A stretch of DNA of 18,013 nucleotides from the NCBI GenBank assembly GCA_903905665.1, contig CAIVHJ010000184.1, forward strand, positions 1-18,013, written 5' to 3'. The position numbers were made by a program, and so were the translations under genes. This document shows, piece after piece, positions 6,622 to 14,054 of this stretch (position 1 is its first letter; every line of letters begins with the position of its first letter). The notes under the pieces are model-generated. The model was not told where the DNA came from and did no database searches. It saw only the letters and a program-made list of their open reading frames with translations. This DNA is from an uncultured Phycisphaerales bacterium. GTDB lineage: Bacteria > Planctomycetota > Phycisphaerae > UBA1845 > CAIVHJ01.

Positions 6622-7995
6622 ATGACACTACTTATGCTTGCACAAGCCGCGCAAACCAAAACTCAGGGAATGCCCAACATCGCCGTTTATGTGTTGCTGG
6701 GATGTGCCGGTTTGGTCGTCCTGCTGATTTTCATGGGATTTTTGGCCCGGTTTTTGGTGGTGGGTTCTCCCAGTGAGTTGATGATCGTCAGCGGGCGACG
6801 TTCCAAGGAAGGCCAGAATTATAGAGCCTACATCGGTGGACGGACGCTCGTCATTCCCATTTTTAACAAAATCGATCGCCTCGCGTTGCGGAATATGCAG
6901 GTCCCGCTGGAAGTACGCGCCCAAGCCGGTGGGGGAAGCATGATCCCTGTGACGGTCACGGGGGTCGCCAACGTCAAGATTTCTTCCGAACCCGGGGTGC
7001 GAGAAAACGCTATTGAACGGTTTCTGGGTCAGCCTCAGAGCGAAATGGAGCGGGTGGCGAGAGAAACGCTTGAAGGTGGACTTCGATCGGTAATCGGCAA
7101 AATCACGCCGCAGGAAATCGTCCAGGACCGCGAAAAATTCGTCGCGACCGTCATGCAGGATGTCAACGACGATTTCCGCAAACTGGGGTTGGGCATCGAC
7201 AGCGTGGTGATTCAGAATGTTCATGACGAGGACCAGTATCTGGAGTCGATCGCGCGAAAGGCGTCGGCGCAGGTGCGATCTGAGGCAAGGAAATTTGAGG
7301 CGACTCAAAAAGCAGAGGCGGACATCAAGGAAGCCGAGGCCGACGCACAAGCCCGACAGGCGCGCGCCGAGCGCGACGCCGAGGCCAAACAAGCCGAAGC
7401 CGCCGGACGCCAAAAAGCGGAGCAGGCGCGACTCGGGGCGGACAAATTCATTGCCGAAGCCGACAACGCACTCCGAATTCGCAAGGCGGAACTTGCGCGG
7501 GAAGCGTCGCTGAAAGAAGCCGAAGCCCAGCAAGCCGCCGCCCAGTCGGAAGAAGCCCGTCTGCTCGCCACCCAGGTGAAGCAGGCCAACGCCTCGCGCG
7601 ACGTTTCCAAAGCCAAAGCGGAAGGTGAAGCCGCGCTCATTTTTGAACAGGGTCGGTCTCGGGCGCAGGCGATCGAACTCATCGGTCAATCCATCGAAAA
7701 GCACCCCGGCGCTCTGAAGGTCATGCTCGCCGAGATGATGCCCGGTGTCGTTGCGGAAATGGCCAAGGCGATTGCCGAGGTGCAGATGAAGAACGTAACG
7801 GTCATCGACGGCGGGAGCGGTCAGGCGATTTCGGGTGCGGCGATGTCCCGCGCGAGGATGTTGTCGGAGTCCCTGGCGACTCTTGAAAGCGTGCTGGGGA
7901 TCGACCTGCGAGAACTGACCAAATCCATCGCCGGCAATATGACTCATACTTCCGAAACCCCGACGGCGGATATCGCATCGCTGAAGAAAACGTGA
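6622..7995 (+). CDS. flotillin-like SPFH/band-7 domain protein (FloT/YuaG-like)
   Basis: An N-terminal TM anchor is followed by the SPFH core ('LMIVSGRRS…RTLVIPIFNKIDRLALRNMQVPLEV'). A long Ala/Glu-rich 'EAEADAQARQARAERDAEAKQAEAAGRQKAEQ' coiled-coil region typical of flotillins comes next. AAGGAGG (6605-6611) lies 10 nt upstream of the ATG at 6622. The six-frame ORF start at 6529 is upstream of the nfeD stop and is unlikely to be used. Confidence 0.8.
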   Translation: MTLLMLAQAAQTKTQGMPNIAVYVLLGCAGLVVLLIFMGFLARFLVVGSPSELMIVSGRRSKEGQNYRAYIGGRTLVIPIFNKIDRLALRNMQVPLEVRAQAGGGSMIPVTVTGVANVKISSEPGVRENAIERFLGQPQSEMERVARETLEGGLRSVIGKITPQEIVQDREKFVATVMQDVNDDFRKLGLGIDSVVIQNVHDEDQYLESIARKASAQVRSEARKFEATQKAEADIKEAEADAQARQARAERDAEAKQAEAAGRQKAEQARLGADKFIAEADNALRIRKAELAREASLKEAEAQQAAAQSEEARLLATQVKQANASRDVSKAKAEGEAALIFEQGRSRAQAIELIGQSIEKHPGALKVMLAEMMPGVVAEMAKAIAEVQMKNVTVIDGGSGQAISGAAMSRARMLSESLATLESVLGIDLRELTKSIAGNMTHTSETPTADIASLKKT

Positions 7996-8022
7996 ATGAC
8001 GAATTCAACCATTACGACGCAA

Positions 8023-8070
8023 GGGGGACAGGAATCCCAAACCGAAAGACTCCAGTCCCCCACTTTTTTT
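8023..8070 (+). terminator. putative intrinsic terminator of the nfeD-flotillin operon
   Basis: GGGGGACAGG (8023-8032) pairs with CCAGTCCCCC (8052-8061) with one mismatch and a ~19-nt loop. A T7 run (8064-8070) follows immediately. The structure lies 28 nt after the flotillin stop. Confidence 0.5.
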
Positions 8071-8114
8071 ATCCTCCCTCTTCGTCAAGAAAGAGAAGCG
8101 AAGGCCTAAATGTG

Positions 8115-8143
8115 GACACGAGTCGGAAAAAAAGACTCGTGTC
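8115..8143. terminator. perfect 10-bp inverted repeat GACACGAGTC-N9-GACTCGTGTC between convergent genes
   Basis: The stem spans 8115-8124 and 8134-8143, with loop GGAAAAAAA. It lies 26 nt downstream of the minus-strand GH17-like gene stop (8169). There is no flanking U-run. It could be a terminator hairpin for the minus-strand gene or a protein-binding palindrome. Confidence 0.35.
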
Positions 8144-8168
8144 ACTTGGGAACATAGACACCAGTGAA

Positions 8169-9110
8169 TTACGGAGGAAGACACCCGGCATGCCGGGTGC
8201 TATATTCGTGGAGGCGGTGGGCGCAGAGTTTGGGGGAACGATCGGGGCGGAATAAACCCCAGTAGGGTTCGACGGGTTCGTGGATTTTCCAGGGTTGATC
8301 GAAGGCTTCGAAGTAGGCGAATCGGACCGATGTTCGCGCCAGTCGTTCGTAAAATTCATCCTGAACGGTTTCGGTCATTTTGCCGTCCGAATCGCCGGAA
8401 GTCGGAAAACCGGTCTCCTTGAACCAAACGAAGCGGTTGGTTTTTTGCTGCAACGCGAGAAACTGATCTTGTGTCCACTGTGCGGCTTGGGTCGGATCGT
8501 AGATGCCGTGCCAGAACGGATGGACATTGGGAAACACCCAGTCGCCCATCTGCAAGAGTTGTTCGTCATCTGCATAGTCGTCGAGTTCTTCGGTGGTGGT
8601 GACCGGTTTTCCGGTGAGTTGTCGCAGGTGTTGAATGGCGTTGGCGAGAAATTCCGGCGCGTAGCGTTTTTTATAGCCTTCGTTGCCGACACAGAATCCC
8701 AGCACGATTGAATCCCGCCCGACCATTTCCGCCGCGGACAGTTCCTCGGGACTTGAAGGATTCCAGACTCCGATGATCAGTCCCTTGAACCCCTGTTCCT
8801 TCGCCGAGTTGACCAAATTCCGACAAAAATCCTCCGAGGCGCCATAAGTGATCAGTCCATCGAAACCCGCCTGTCGGAGCACCTGCAAATCCTCATGAAT
8901 GGATTCGGGGCTGGCCGAACGACCCCGGCTGGGATCAGCCGTCGTGGGAGCATAATCCACCCAAACGATTTCGCAGACTTTTCGCTCCCACTGTGCCTGG
9001 GGGGTGAGGCACCCTGCGCAGGACAGACACGCCACTGCCGGCAACAGCATCTGCAAGCGGGCGAAGACGTTACACATCGTTCGGAGTTTGGTAACCACGG
9101 ATATCTCCAT
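8169..9110 (-). CDS. glycoside hydrolase family 17-like (beta-1,3-glucanase/transglycosylase-like) secreted or lipoprotein
   Basis: 'RFVWFKETGFPTSGD' resembles the GH17 active-site signature […]-E-T-G-W-P-S-x-G. The N-terminal signal 'MLLPAVACLSCAGCL' is Cys-rich. The alternative start is Met12 at 9077. Confidence 0.5.
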   Translation of the reverse strand: MEISVVTKLRTMCNVFARLQMLLPAVACLSCAGCLTPQAQWERKVCEIVWVDYAPTTADPSRGRSASPESIHEDLQVLRQAGFDGLITYGASEDFCRNLVNSAKEQGFKGLIIGVWNPSSPEELSAAEMVGRDSIVLGFCVGNEGYKKRYAPEFLANAIQHLRQLTGKPVTTTEELDDYADDEQLLQMGDWVFPNVHPFWHGIYDPTQAAQWTQDQFLALQQKTNRFVWFKETGFPTSGDSDGKMTETVQDEFYERLARTSVRFAYFEAFDQPWKIHEPVEPYWGLFRPDRSPKLCAHRLHEYSTRHAGCLPP

Positions 9111-9285
9111 TCAAGTCCACGGGACAAGACGCGGGATGAGGTCACTATACAACAAAGTCCCCAAATACCTCCAAATCCTACTGGATGAAATAATCGGTAC
9201 TATAATGACGTTTACTATAGTGTTGGCCAAGTGGGAGGAAGTACCACCAAAGAGTATCGGTTCTCTATAATGAGGCGGGGTGCTT

Positions 9286-9981
9286 ATGGGCTCAACATTT
9301 CATCGAAGCCGTATCCGCAGTTGCAGTGGTTTCACGCTGATCGAACTGCTGGTGGTCGTGGCGATCATCGGACTTTTGATCTCCATTTTGGTTCCGTCGT
9401 TGTCCGCCGTTCGGAAAAACGCCAATCGAGTGAACTGCGCCAGCAATCTTCATCAGGTCGGACTGGCGATGCAAAGTTATCTGGAACAGAATGACAACCA
9501 CCTGCCCTATGCCTCTTACATGCCTTCGGTCAGCGCATGGCCGCTGCCTACACCGGATACCCCGCCCCAACCTCCCCCGGAACCTGATCCGGACTTGCCG
9601 CCAGAAGAACGGGATTTGGCACCGGGAGCAGATGGAGCCGTATTCCTTTCCGAATTGTTGCTTCCTTATCACCACACACGCCAACTTCTTGCGTGCCCCC
9701 AGGACGTACCGGAAATCTCTTTGCAGTGGAACCGTTCGGACCTCAACCTCGGAAAGAGCTACTACCAGACCGAAAGAAGCAGTTATGAGCTTCGTATGTT
9801 TTTTGCCGGTGTGGCGGCCAACGAAATCGCCAATCGATACCTCGAACGGAGGGACATACAAGTCACGCCGGAGACTATTTGGATCATGCGTGATTACAAC
9901 AACTTTCACGGACAGGCGGGTCAGAACGGTTCGCGGCGTTATCTTTATCTGGACGCGCATGTCACGGATTTCGAAAATTAA
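9286..9981 (+). CDS. prepilin-type N-terminal cleavage/methylation domain protein (pseudopilin-like, H-X9-DG-type C-terminus)
   Basis: A 'CSG|FTLIELLVVVAIIGLLISILVPSL' class III signal peptide is followed by the conserved F-T-L-I-E-L. The C-terminus 'NFHGQAGQNGSRRYLYLDAHV' resembles the H-x(n)-DGHV end of type II secretion pseudopilins and Planctomycete DUF1559 proteins. GAGG lies 9 nt upstream of the ATG at 9286. The six-frame ORF also allows a GTG at 9280. Confidence 0.75.
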   Translation: MGSTFHRSRIRSCSGFTLIELLVVVAIIGLLISILVPSLSAVRKNANRVNCASNLHQVGLAMQSYLEQNDNHLPYASYMPSVSAWPLPTPDTPPQPPPEPDPDLPPEERDLAPGADGAVFLSELLLPYHHTRQLLACPQDVPEISLQWNRSDLNLGKSYYQTERSSYELRMFFAGVAANEIANRYLERRDIQVTPETIWIMRDYNNFHGQAGQNGSRRYLYLDAHVTDFEN

Positions 9982-9996
9982 ACTGAGAGGTCCATT

Positions 9997-10641
9997 ATGA
10001 AACGGAATTATTGGATTGGTGGCGCGGTGGTTGTGGTGTTTTTGGCGACCGGAACGTGGTTTGTGTTCGGAAGGAACGGACATTCCTCGCTGCCGGATGA
10101 TTTGAGTGTGGATGCGATCAAGAAGCGGATGGCGGATTCTTCCCAGAGAGATCCCGGCGCGCTCTGGCGCGAAATGGAAAATGCAAACCTCAATGCCTCT
10201 CAGAGGGAAGAGGCCCGCCACAACATGCGCGAAGTCATGGAAGCAAGGATGGACGAAAGGATGGATGAGTATTTTAAGGCCCCGCCGGCCGAGAAAAATG
10301 CTGTTTTGGATCGCCAGATTGACGAGGAAATCGCGCGACGAGAACAATGGCGCAATCAGCGACGTCAACGAGACAACGCCAATGGCAACAGCAACGGTCA
10401 GGACAACTCCATGCGCGGTCCTCGCCCCGATCGCGGTCCGCGCCAACCCCAAACGACGGAACAGCGCAAGACCCGTTCCGAACAGGGTAGCCCGGATCGA
10501 GCGGCCAAGCAGATGGCCTACCGTGCCGCTCTTCAGAAACGTATGGCGGAGCGCGGGATTCAAGGTCCGACGGGGCCGGGAGGGCCCCGAGGCGGTGGCC
10601 CGGGTGGTCCCGGTGGGCCTGACCGTGGCCCACGCGGATGA
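9997..10641 (+). CDS. hypothetical membrane-anchored protein with highly charged (Arg/Glu/Gln/Asn) disordered region and Gly/Pro-rich C-terminus
   Basis: The ATG lies 16 nt after the prepilin-like gene stop, with GAGAGG upstream. An N-terminal TM helix 'WIGGAVVVVFLATGTWFVF' is present. GC3 is strongly biased in this frame (checked at 10381-10440). The C-terminal 'GPTGPGGPRGGGPGGPGGPDRGPRG' repeat follows. Confidence 0.55.
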   Translation: MKRNYWIGGAVVVVFLATGTWFVFGRNGHSSLPDDLSVDAIKKRMADSSQRDPGALWREMENANLNASQREEARHNMREVMEARMDERMDEYFKAPPAEKNAVLDRQIDEEIARREQWRNQRRQRDNANGNSNGQDNSMRGPRPDRGPRQPQTTEQRKTRSEQGSPDRAAKQMAYRAALQKRMAERGIQGPTGPGGPRGGGPGGPGGPDRGPRG

Positions 10642-10783
10642 TTCCGTGGCGTGATTATTCGATGTGTTAATGCTGCTGGTTCCCTCACACCCATCATGCT
10701 GTCCATGTATTGCATGACGTAAATGTGATATTCTGTCTTGAGATGGAAGGTAAAGCCAAGCCGATATATCATCGGTATGGGCT

Positions 10784-10865
10784 GCGCGGGTGGCGGAATT
10801 GGCAGACGCGCAGGACTTAGGATCCTGTGGGGAAACCCGTGGGAGTTCGAGTCTCCCCTCGCGCA
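10784..10865 (+). tRNA. tRNA-Leu (anticodon UAG), class II with long variable arm
   Basis: A manual fold gives an acceptor stem GCGCGGG/CTCGCGC (one G-U pair) and U8. The D-arm 'TGGCGGAATTGGCAGACGCGC' is near-identical to bacterial tRNA-Leu. The anticodon stem is CAGGA/TCCTG with loop CTTAGGA, giving anticodon TAG. A 13-nt variable arm (GGG-GAAA-CCC) precedes the T-arm GGGAG-TTCGAGT-CTCCC, followed by discriminator A. No CCA is encoded. Confidence 0.85.
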
Positions 10866-10882
10866 ATAGTGGTCAACGTTTT

Positions 10883-12244
10883 ATGAAACGACTGATTCAA
10901 AACGGGACGATCGTCACGTGCGCTAAAAACACGCCCCGGGTTTTTGCGCATCACGATATTGTCATTGAAGATCATCTGATCAGCGCCGTTGCGCCCACGG
11001 GGACATTTCGGGCGGATCGTTTCGATGAGACGATCGATGCCGGTCAGCACGTCGTGATTCCGGGATTGATCAACACGCATCATCATTTGTATCAGACGCT
11101 CACGCGATGCCATCCCGCGGTACAGAATGCAAAGTTATTCACGTGGCTGACGGAGTTATACAAACGATGGCAATACGTGGATTATCAGGCGATCAAGACG
11201 GCGGCTCAGGTGAGCATCGCGGAATTGCTGCTGTCGGGTTGCACCACAACGGTGGATCATTTTTATCTTTTCCCCCAAAAAACGAATGTTCGCCTTGAGG
11301 CTGTCCTCGAAGCGGCGGATGAACTGGGAATCCGAATACACGCTTGCCGCGGGAGTATGACACTGGGTCAATCGGCGGGCGGACTTCCCCCGGATGTGTG
11401 CGTTGAAAAAGATGATGACGTGTTGAAGGACTGCCGACGTGTCGTGGAACGTTACCATGATGCTTCGACGGCGGGGATGCGGAAGATTGATTTGGCGCCA
11501 TGTGCGCCGTTCAATGTGAGCCATGAGTTGTTTGTGGAGACGGCGAAACTGGCGCGGTCCCTCAGAGTGTTGCTCCATACCCATGCCGCTGAGACCGCCG
11601 ACGAAGAAGCGTATTGTCGAAAGCGATTCGGGAAGCGTCCGATTGAGTATTTACAGGATTGCGGGTGGCTGGGGAGCGACGTTTATCTGGCTCACTGTGT
11701 GTGTTTGAACGAGGAGGACATTCGCGTATTGGCCAAGACCCGGACGGGGGTGGCTCATTGTCCCTGTTCGAATATGCGGCTGGGTTCGGGAATTGCGCCG
11801 ATTGTTTCATTGCTTCGTGCCGGAGTGAACGTGGGATTGGCGGTGGACGGCAGCAGCAGCAATGACGGTGGAAATTTGCTGGCTGAAGCCCGACAGGCGC
11901 TGTTGCTTCAGCGCGTTCAGAACGGCGCGGATGCCATGACCGTAGCCGACGCTTTCACGATGGCTACCGTCGGGGGGGCGCGGTGTCTGAATCGCAATCT
12001 TCTCGGTCGGATTGAACCCGGCTGCTGTGCCGATCTGGTTCTGTATCGCAAAGATGGTATCAACTGGGCGGGCGCCATCGCCCAGGATCCGCTCGGTGCG
12101 TTGATGTTGTGTCAGTCTCCGCGACCCGACCAGGTAATCGTCAACGGCAAGATCGTTGTACAGGACGGGCGCCTTGCCACGGCGGACGAGAACCGATTGT
12201 CCGCCCAACTCAATCAGATCGTTTCGGAACGATTCTCGACGTAG
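10883..12244 (+). CDS. amidohydrolase superfamily protein (8-oxoguanine deaminase / chlorohydrolase / aminohydrolase-like)
   Basis: 'HVVIPGLINTHHHLYQTLTR' is a metal-binding HxH motif characteristic of the 8-oxoguanine-deaminase / atrazine-chlorohydrolase branch. The downstream 'LLHTHAAET' and 'GLAVDGSSSND' match the second His cluster and the Asp of amidohydrolases. The start was placed at the ATG at 10883. The six-frame ORF start at 10790 lies inside the tRNA. Confidence 0.75.
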   Translation: MKRLIQNGTIVTCAKNTPRVFAHHDIVIEDHLISAVAPTGTFRADRFDETIDAGQHVVIPGLINTHHHLYQTLTRCHPAVQNAKLFTWLTELYKRWQYVDYQAIKTAAQVSIAELLLSGCTTTVDHFYLFPQKTNVRLEAVLEAADELGIRIHACRGSMTLGQSAGGLPPDVCVEKDDDVLKDCRRVVERYHDASTAGMRKIDLAPCAPFNVSHELFVETAKLARSLRVLLHTHAAETADEEAYCRKRFGKRPIEYLQDCGWLGSDVYLAHCVCLNEEDIRVLAKTRTGVAHCPCSNMRLGSGIAPIVSLLRAGVNVGLAVDGSSSNDGGNLLAEARQALLLQRVQNGADAMTVADAFTMATVGGARCLNRNLLGRIEPGCCADLVLYRKDGINWAGAIAQDPLGALMLCQSPRPDQVIVNGKIVVQDGRLATADENRLSAQLNQIVSERFST

Positions 12245-12273
12245 GTTCGCGTTCATCCGTCTGTGATGTCAAG

Positions 12274-13431
12274 TTAACTGCGATGTGCAAACGGCAGGAA
12301 GATTCTTTCGTATTCGGATCGGCAGAATCGGTCGGTCATGCCGGAAACATAATCGCACACGACGCGGTTGACGCCCTGTTCCACCACACGACTCGAAAAT
12401 CGCTCCGGCATCTGATCTGGGTGATCTGTGTAATGACGGAATAGTTCCGAAATCACCCGACCCGCCATGTCGTCAATCGTCTTCACCTTCGGATGCCGAT
12501 AGACCCGTTCCAGCAAAAACGCTTCGAGATTCGACACGGATTCGGACATTTGCTCAGAAAAGCCGACCAGCGACTCCTCTCGGTGACGGACGTCGTTGGG
12601 CGTGCGAACCCCGCTGTTTCGAATGCGATCCTGCGTCCAGGACACGGCGTCATTGAGCAGCAGTCGATGCAGTCCTTCGGCGATGGTTCGCCAGATCGCA
12701 AAAGCGGACGAATCGGGAAAAGACGATCGGGTATCGGCGATCAGACGAGCCGTCAGATCAATCTGTTTTAGATCATCCAGCGTGATGATTCCCGCCCCCA
12801 TGGCATCTTCGAGGTCGTGGCAATCATAGGCCAGACGATCGGCGATTGAGACGATTTGTCCTTCGATCGTCGGTTGCGGACCTTCATCGAGCAAACGCCT
12901 CAGCCGTTCATCACACGATGCCGGGTCCACCGGTCGATCATAGCGAGTGCGATGCTTGATCAGGGATTCACGCACTTCATCAGTCAGGTTCAATCCTCGA
13001 AATGGAGGAAACGGATGTTCGAGATAATCCACGACGCGAAGCGACTGAACGTTGTGTTCAAAACCGCCGTAATCGCGCAGCAGAGTATTCAAAGCCTGTT
13101 CACCGGCATGGCCGAACGGAGGATGACCCAGATCGTGCGCCAGCGCGATCGTTTCGGACAGCAGCGAGTTGACACCGATTCGCACCGCGAGCATCCGGGC
13201 GAGGCTGGCGACTTCCAGCGTATGGGTCAATCGCGTGCGGTAGTGATCTCCCTGAGGATTGACGAACACCTGCGTTTTGTATTGAAGTCGGCGAAAGGCG
13301 GCGCAACCGGTCACGCGACGCCAATCCTGTTCGAAGGGACCACATTCCGATTGATGGGTGGTTTTCTCGGCGTGAACCCGTCCGAGAGTTTGATCGTCAG
13401 CGACTGCGAATGAGGCAAGATGGCACGTCAT
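12274..13431 (-). CDS. dgt: dGTP triphosphohydrolase-like HD-domain protein (type-2 dGTPase)
   Basis: 'FRRLQYKTQVF' is the conserved N-terminal motif of dGTPases. The HD motif 'HDLGHPPFGHAGE' follows, and the protein is 385 aa. The start ATG overlaps the stop of the upstream HIT gene (ATGA at 13428-13431). Confidence 0.8.
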   Translation of the reverse strand: MTCHLASFAVADDQTLGRVHAEKTTHQSECGPFEQDWRRVTGCAAFRRLQYKTQVFVNPQGDHYRTRLTHTLEVASLARMLAVRIGVNSLLSETIALAHDLGHPPFGHAGEQALNTLLRDYGGFEHNVQSLRVVDYLEHPFPPFRGLNLTDEVRESLIKHRTRYDRPVDPASCDERLRRLLDEGPQPTIEGQIVSIADRLAYDCHDLEDAMGAGIITLDDLKQIDLTARLIADTRSSFPDSSAFAIWRTIAEGLHRLLLNDAVSWTQDRIRNSGVRTPNDVRHREESLVGFSEQMSESVSNLEAFLLERVYRHPKVKTIDDMAGRVISELFRHYTDHPDQMPERFSSRVVEQGVNRVVCDYVSGMTDRFCRSEYERIFLPFAHRS

Positions 13432-13959
13432 GGGGAATGGGCACCCGGATAAAGTTCCGCAAAGGCTGCACGGAATCGCTCGAATAAATCCTGCATCGAA
13501 CCCGAAATCACCCGCGTGTTGCCGATCACCGACATGAAATTCGTATCTCCCTGCCAGCGCGGAACGAGGTGGATGTGAAGATGGTCCGGCAGACCGGCTC
13601 CGGCACAGCGCCCCAGATTGATGCCGATGTTGATCCCCTGACAGTGCACCACCTTCTTCAGCACCGCCACGCCGTTTCGCATCAGTTCCACCATCTCAGC
13701 GAGCACCTCGGTGGGAACCTGTTCCAGTTCGCCGACATGCTGGCGAGGCGCTACGAGCAAATGTCCGTTGGTATAGGGATAGGCATTCATCACCAACAGG
13801 TTGAAGCGGCCCCGATGGACGATGCGATGGATTTCGTCCTGATCGGAAGCGGAGGCATAGGCGCACAAAAAGCACTCCCCCCCCGCAGGGTGGATTTTCG
13901 AGGGAATTGATGTAATCCGCCCGCCACGGGGCCCATAGATTGTCGTTCTGCTCGGCCAT
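13428..13959 (-). pseudogene. HIT-family protein (Ap4A phosphorylase / ATP adenylyltransferase-like), frameshifted at a G8 homopolymer
   Basis: The N-terminus 'MAEQNDNLWAPWRADYINSLENPP' (frame of ORF 13696..13959) is the LWAPWR-xYI motif of the Ap4A-phosphorylase HIT branch. The rest of the protein ('…CFLCAYASASDQDE…NAYPYTNGHLLVAPRQHV…HLHIHLVPRWQGD' with the HxHxHxx histidine triad) is in the -1 frame (ORF 13428..14084). The two frames meet at the G8 run, complement of CCCCCCCC at 13877-13884. Removing one G gives a continuous 176-aa protein. The first ~70 codons of ORF 13428..14084 upstream of the shift are not homologous to anything and are rejected. Confidence 0.65.
13877..13884. repeat. 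C8/G8 homopolymeric tract inside the HIT gene (site of the frameshift)
   Basis: This is the longest G/C homopolymer seen in the window. It lies in coding sequence ~25 codons from the start. Confidence 0.9.
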
Positions 13960-14054
13960 GATGGACCCAGTGTACTTTTCCTATGGACATTGGGCAAGAA
14001 TCCACCTGGCCGTTGAATCGGTCCGAACTTGTGATAGACTTTTGACGGTGAATC

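Noticed and set aside
6628-7947. 439-aa ORF antisense to the flotillin gene, and similar long antisense ORFs at 4594..5640, 9292..10866 and 15272..16363
   Set aside because: They are Arg/Gly/His-rich low-complexity translations, typical of the antisense strand of GC-rich genes rich in Ala/Glu codons. The sense-strand products have clear family motifs. The 9292..10866 ORF would also run through the tRNA.
10790-10882. Upstream extension of the amidohydrolase ORF
   Set aside because: It overlaps the tRNA-Leu gene. The first ATG after the tRNA (10883) gives a canonical amidohydrolase N-terminus.
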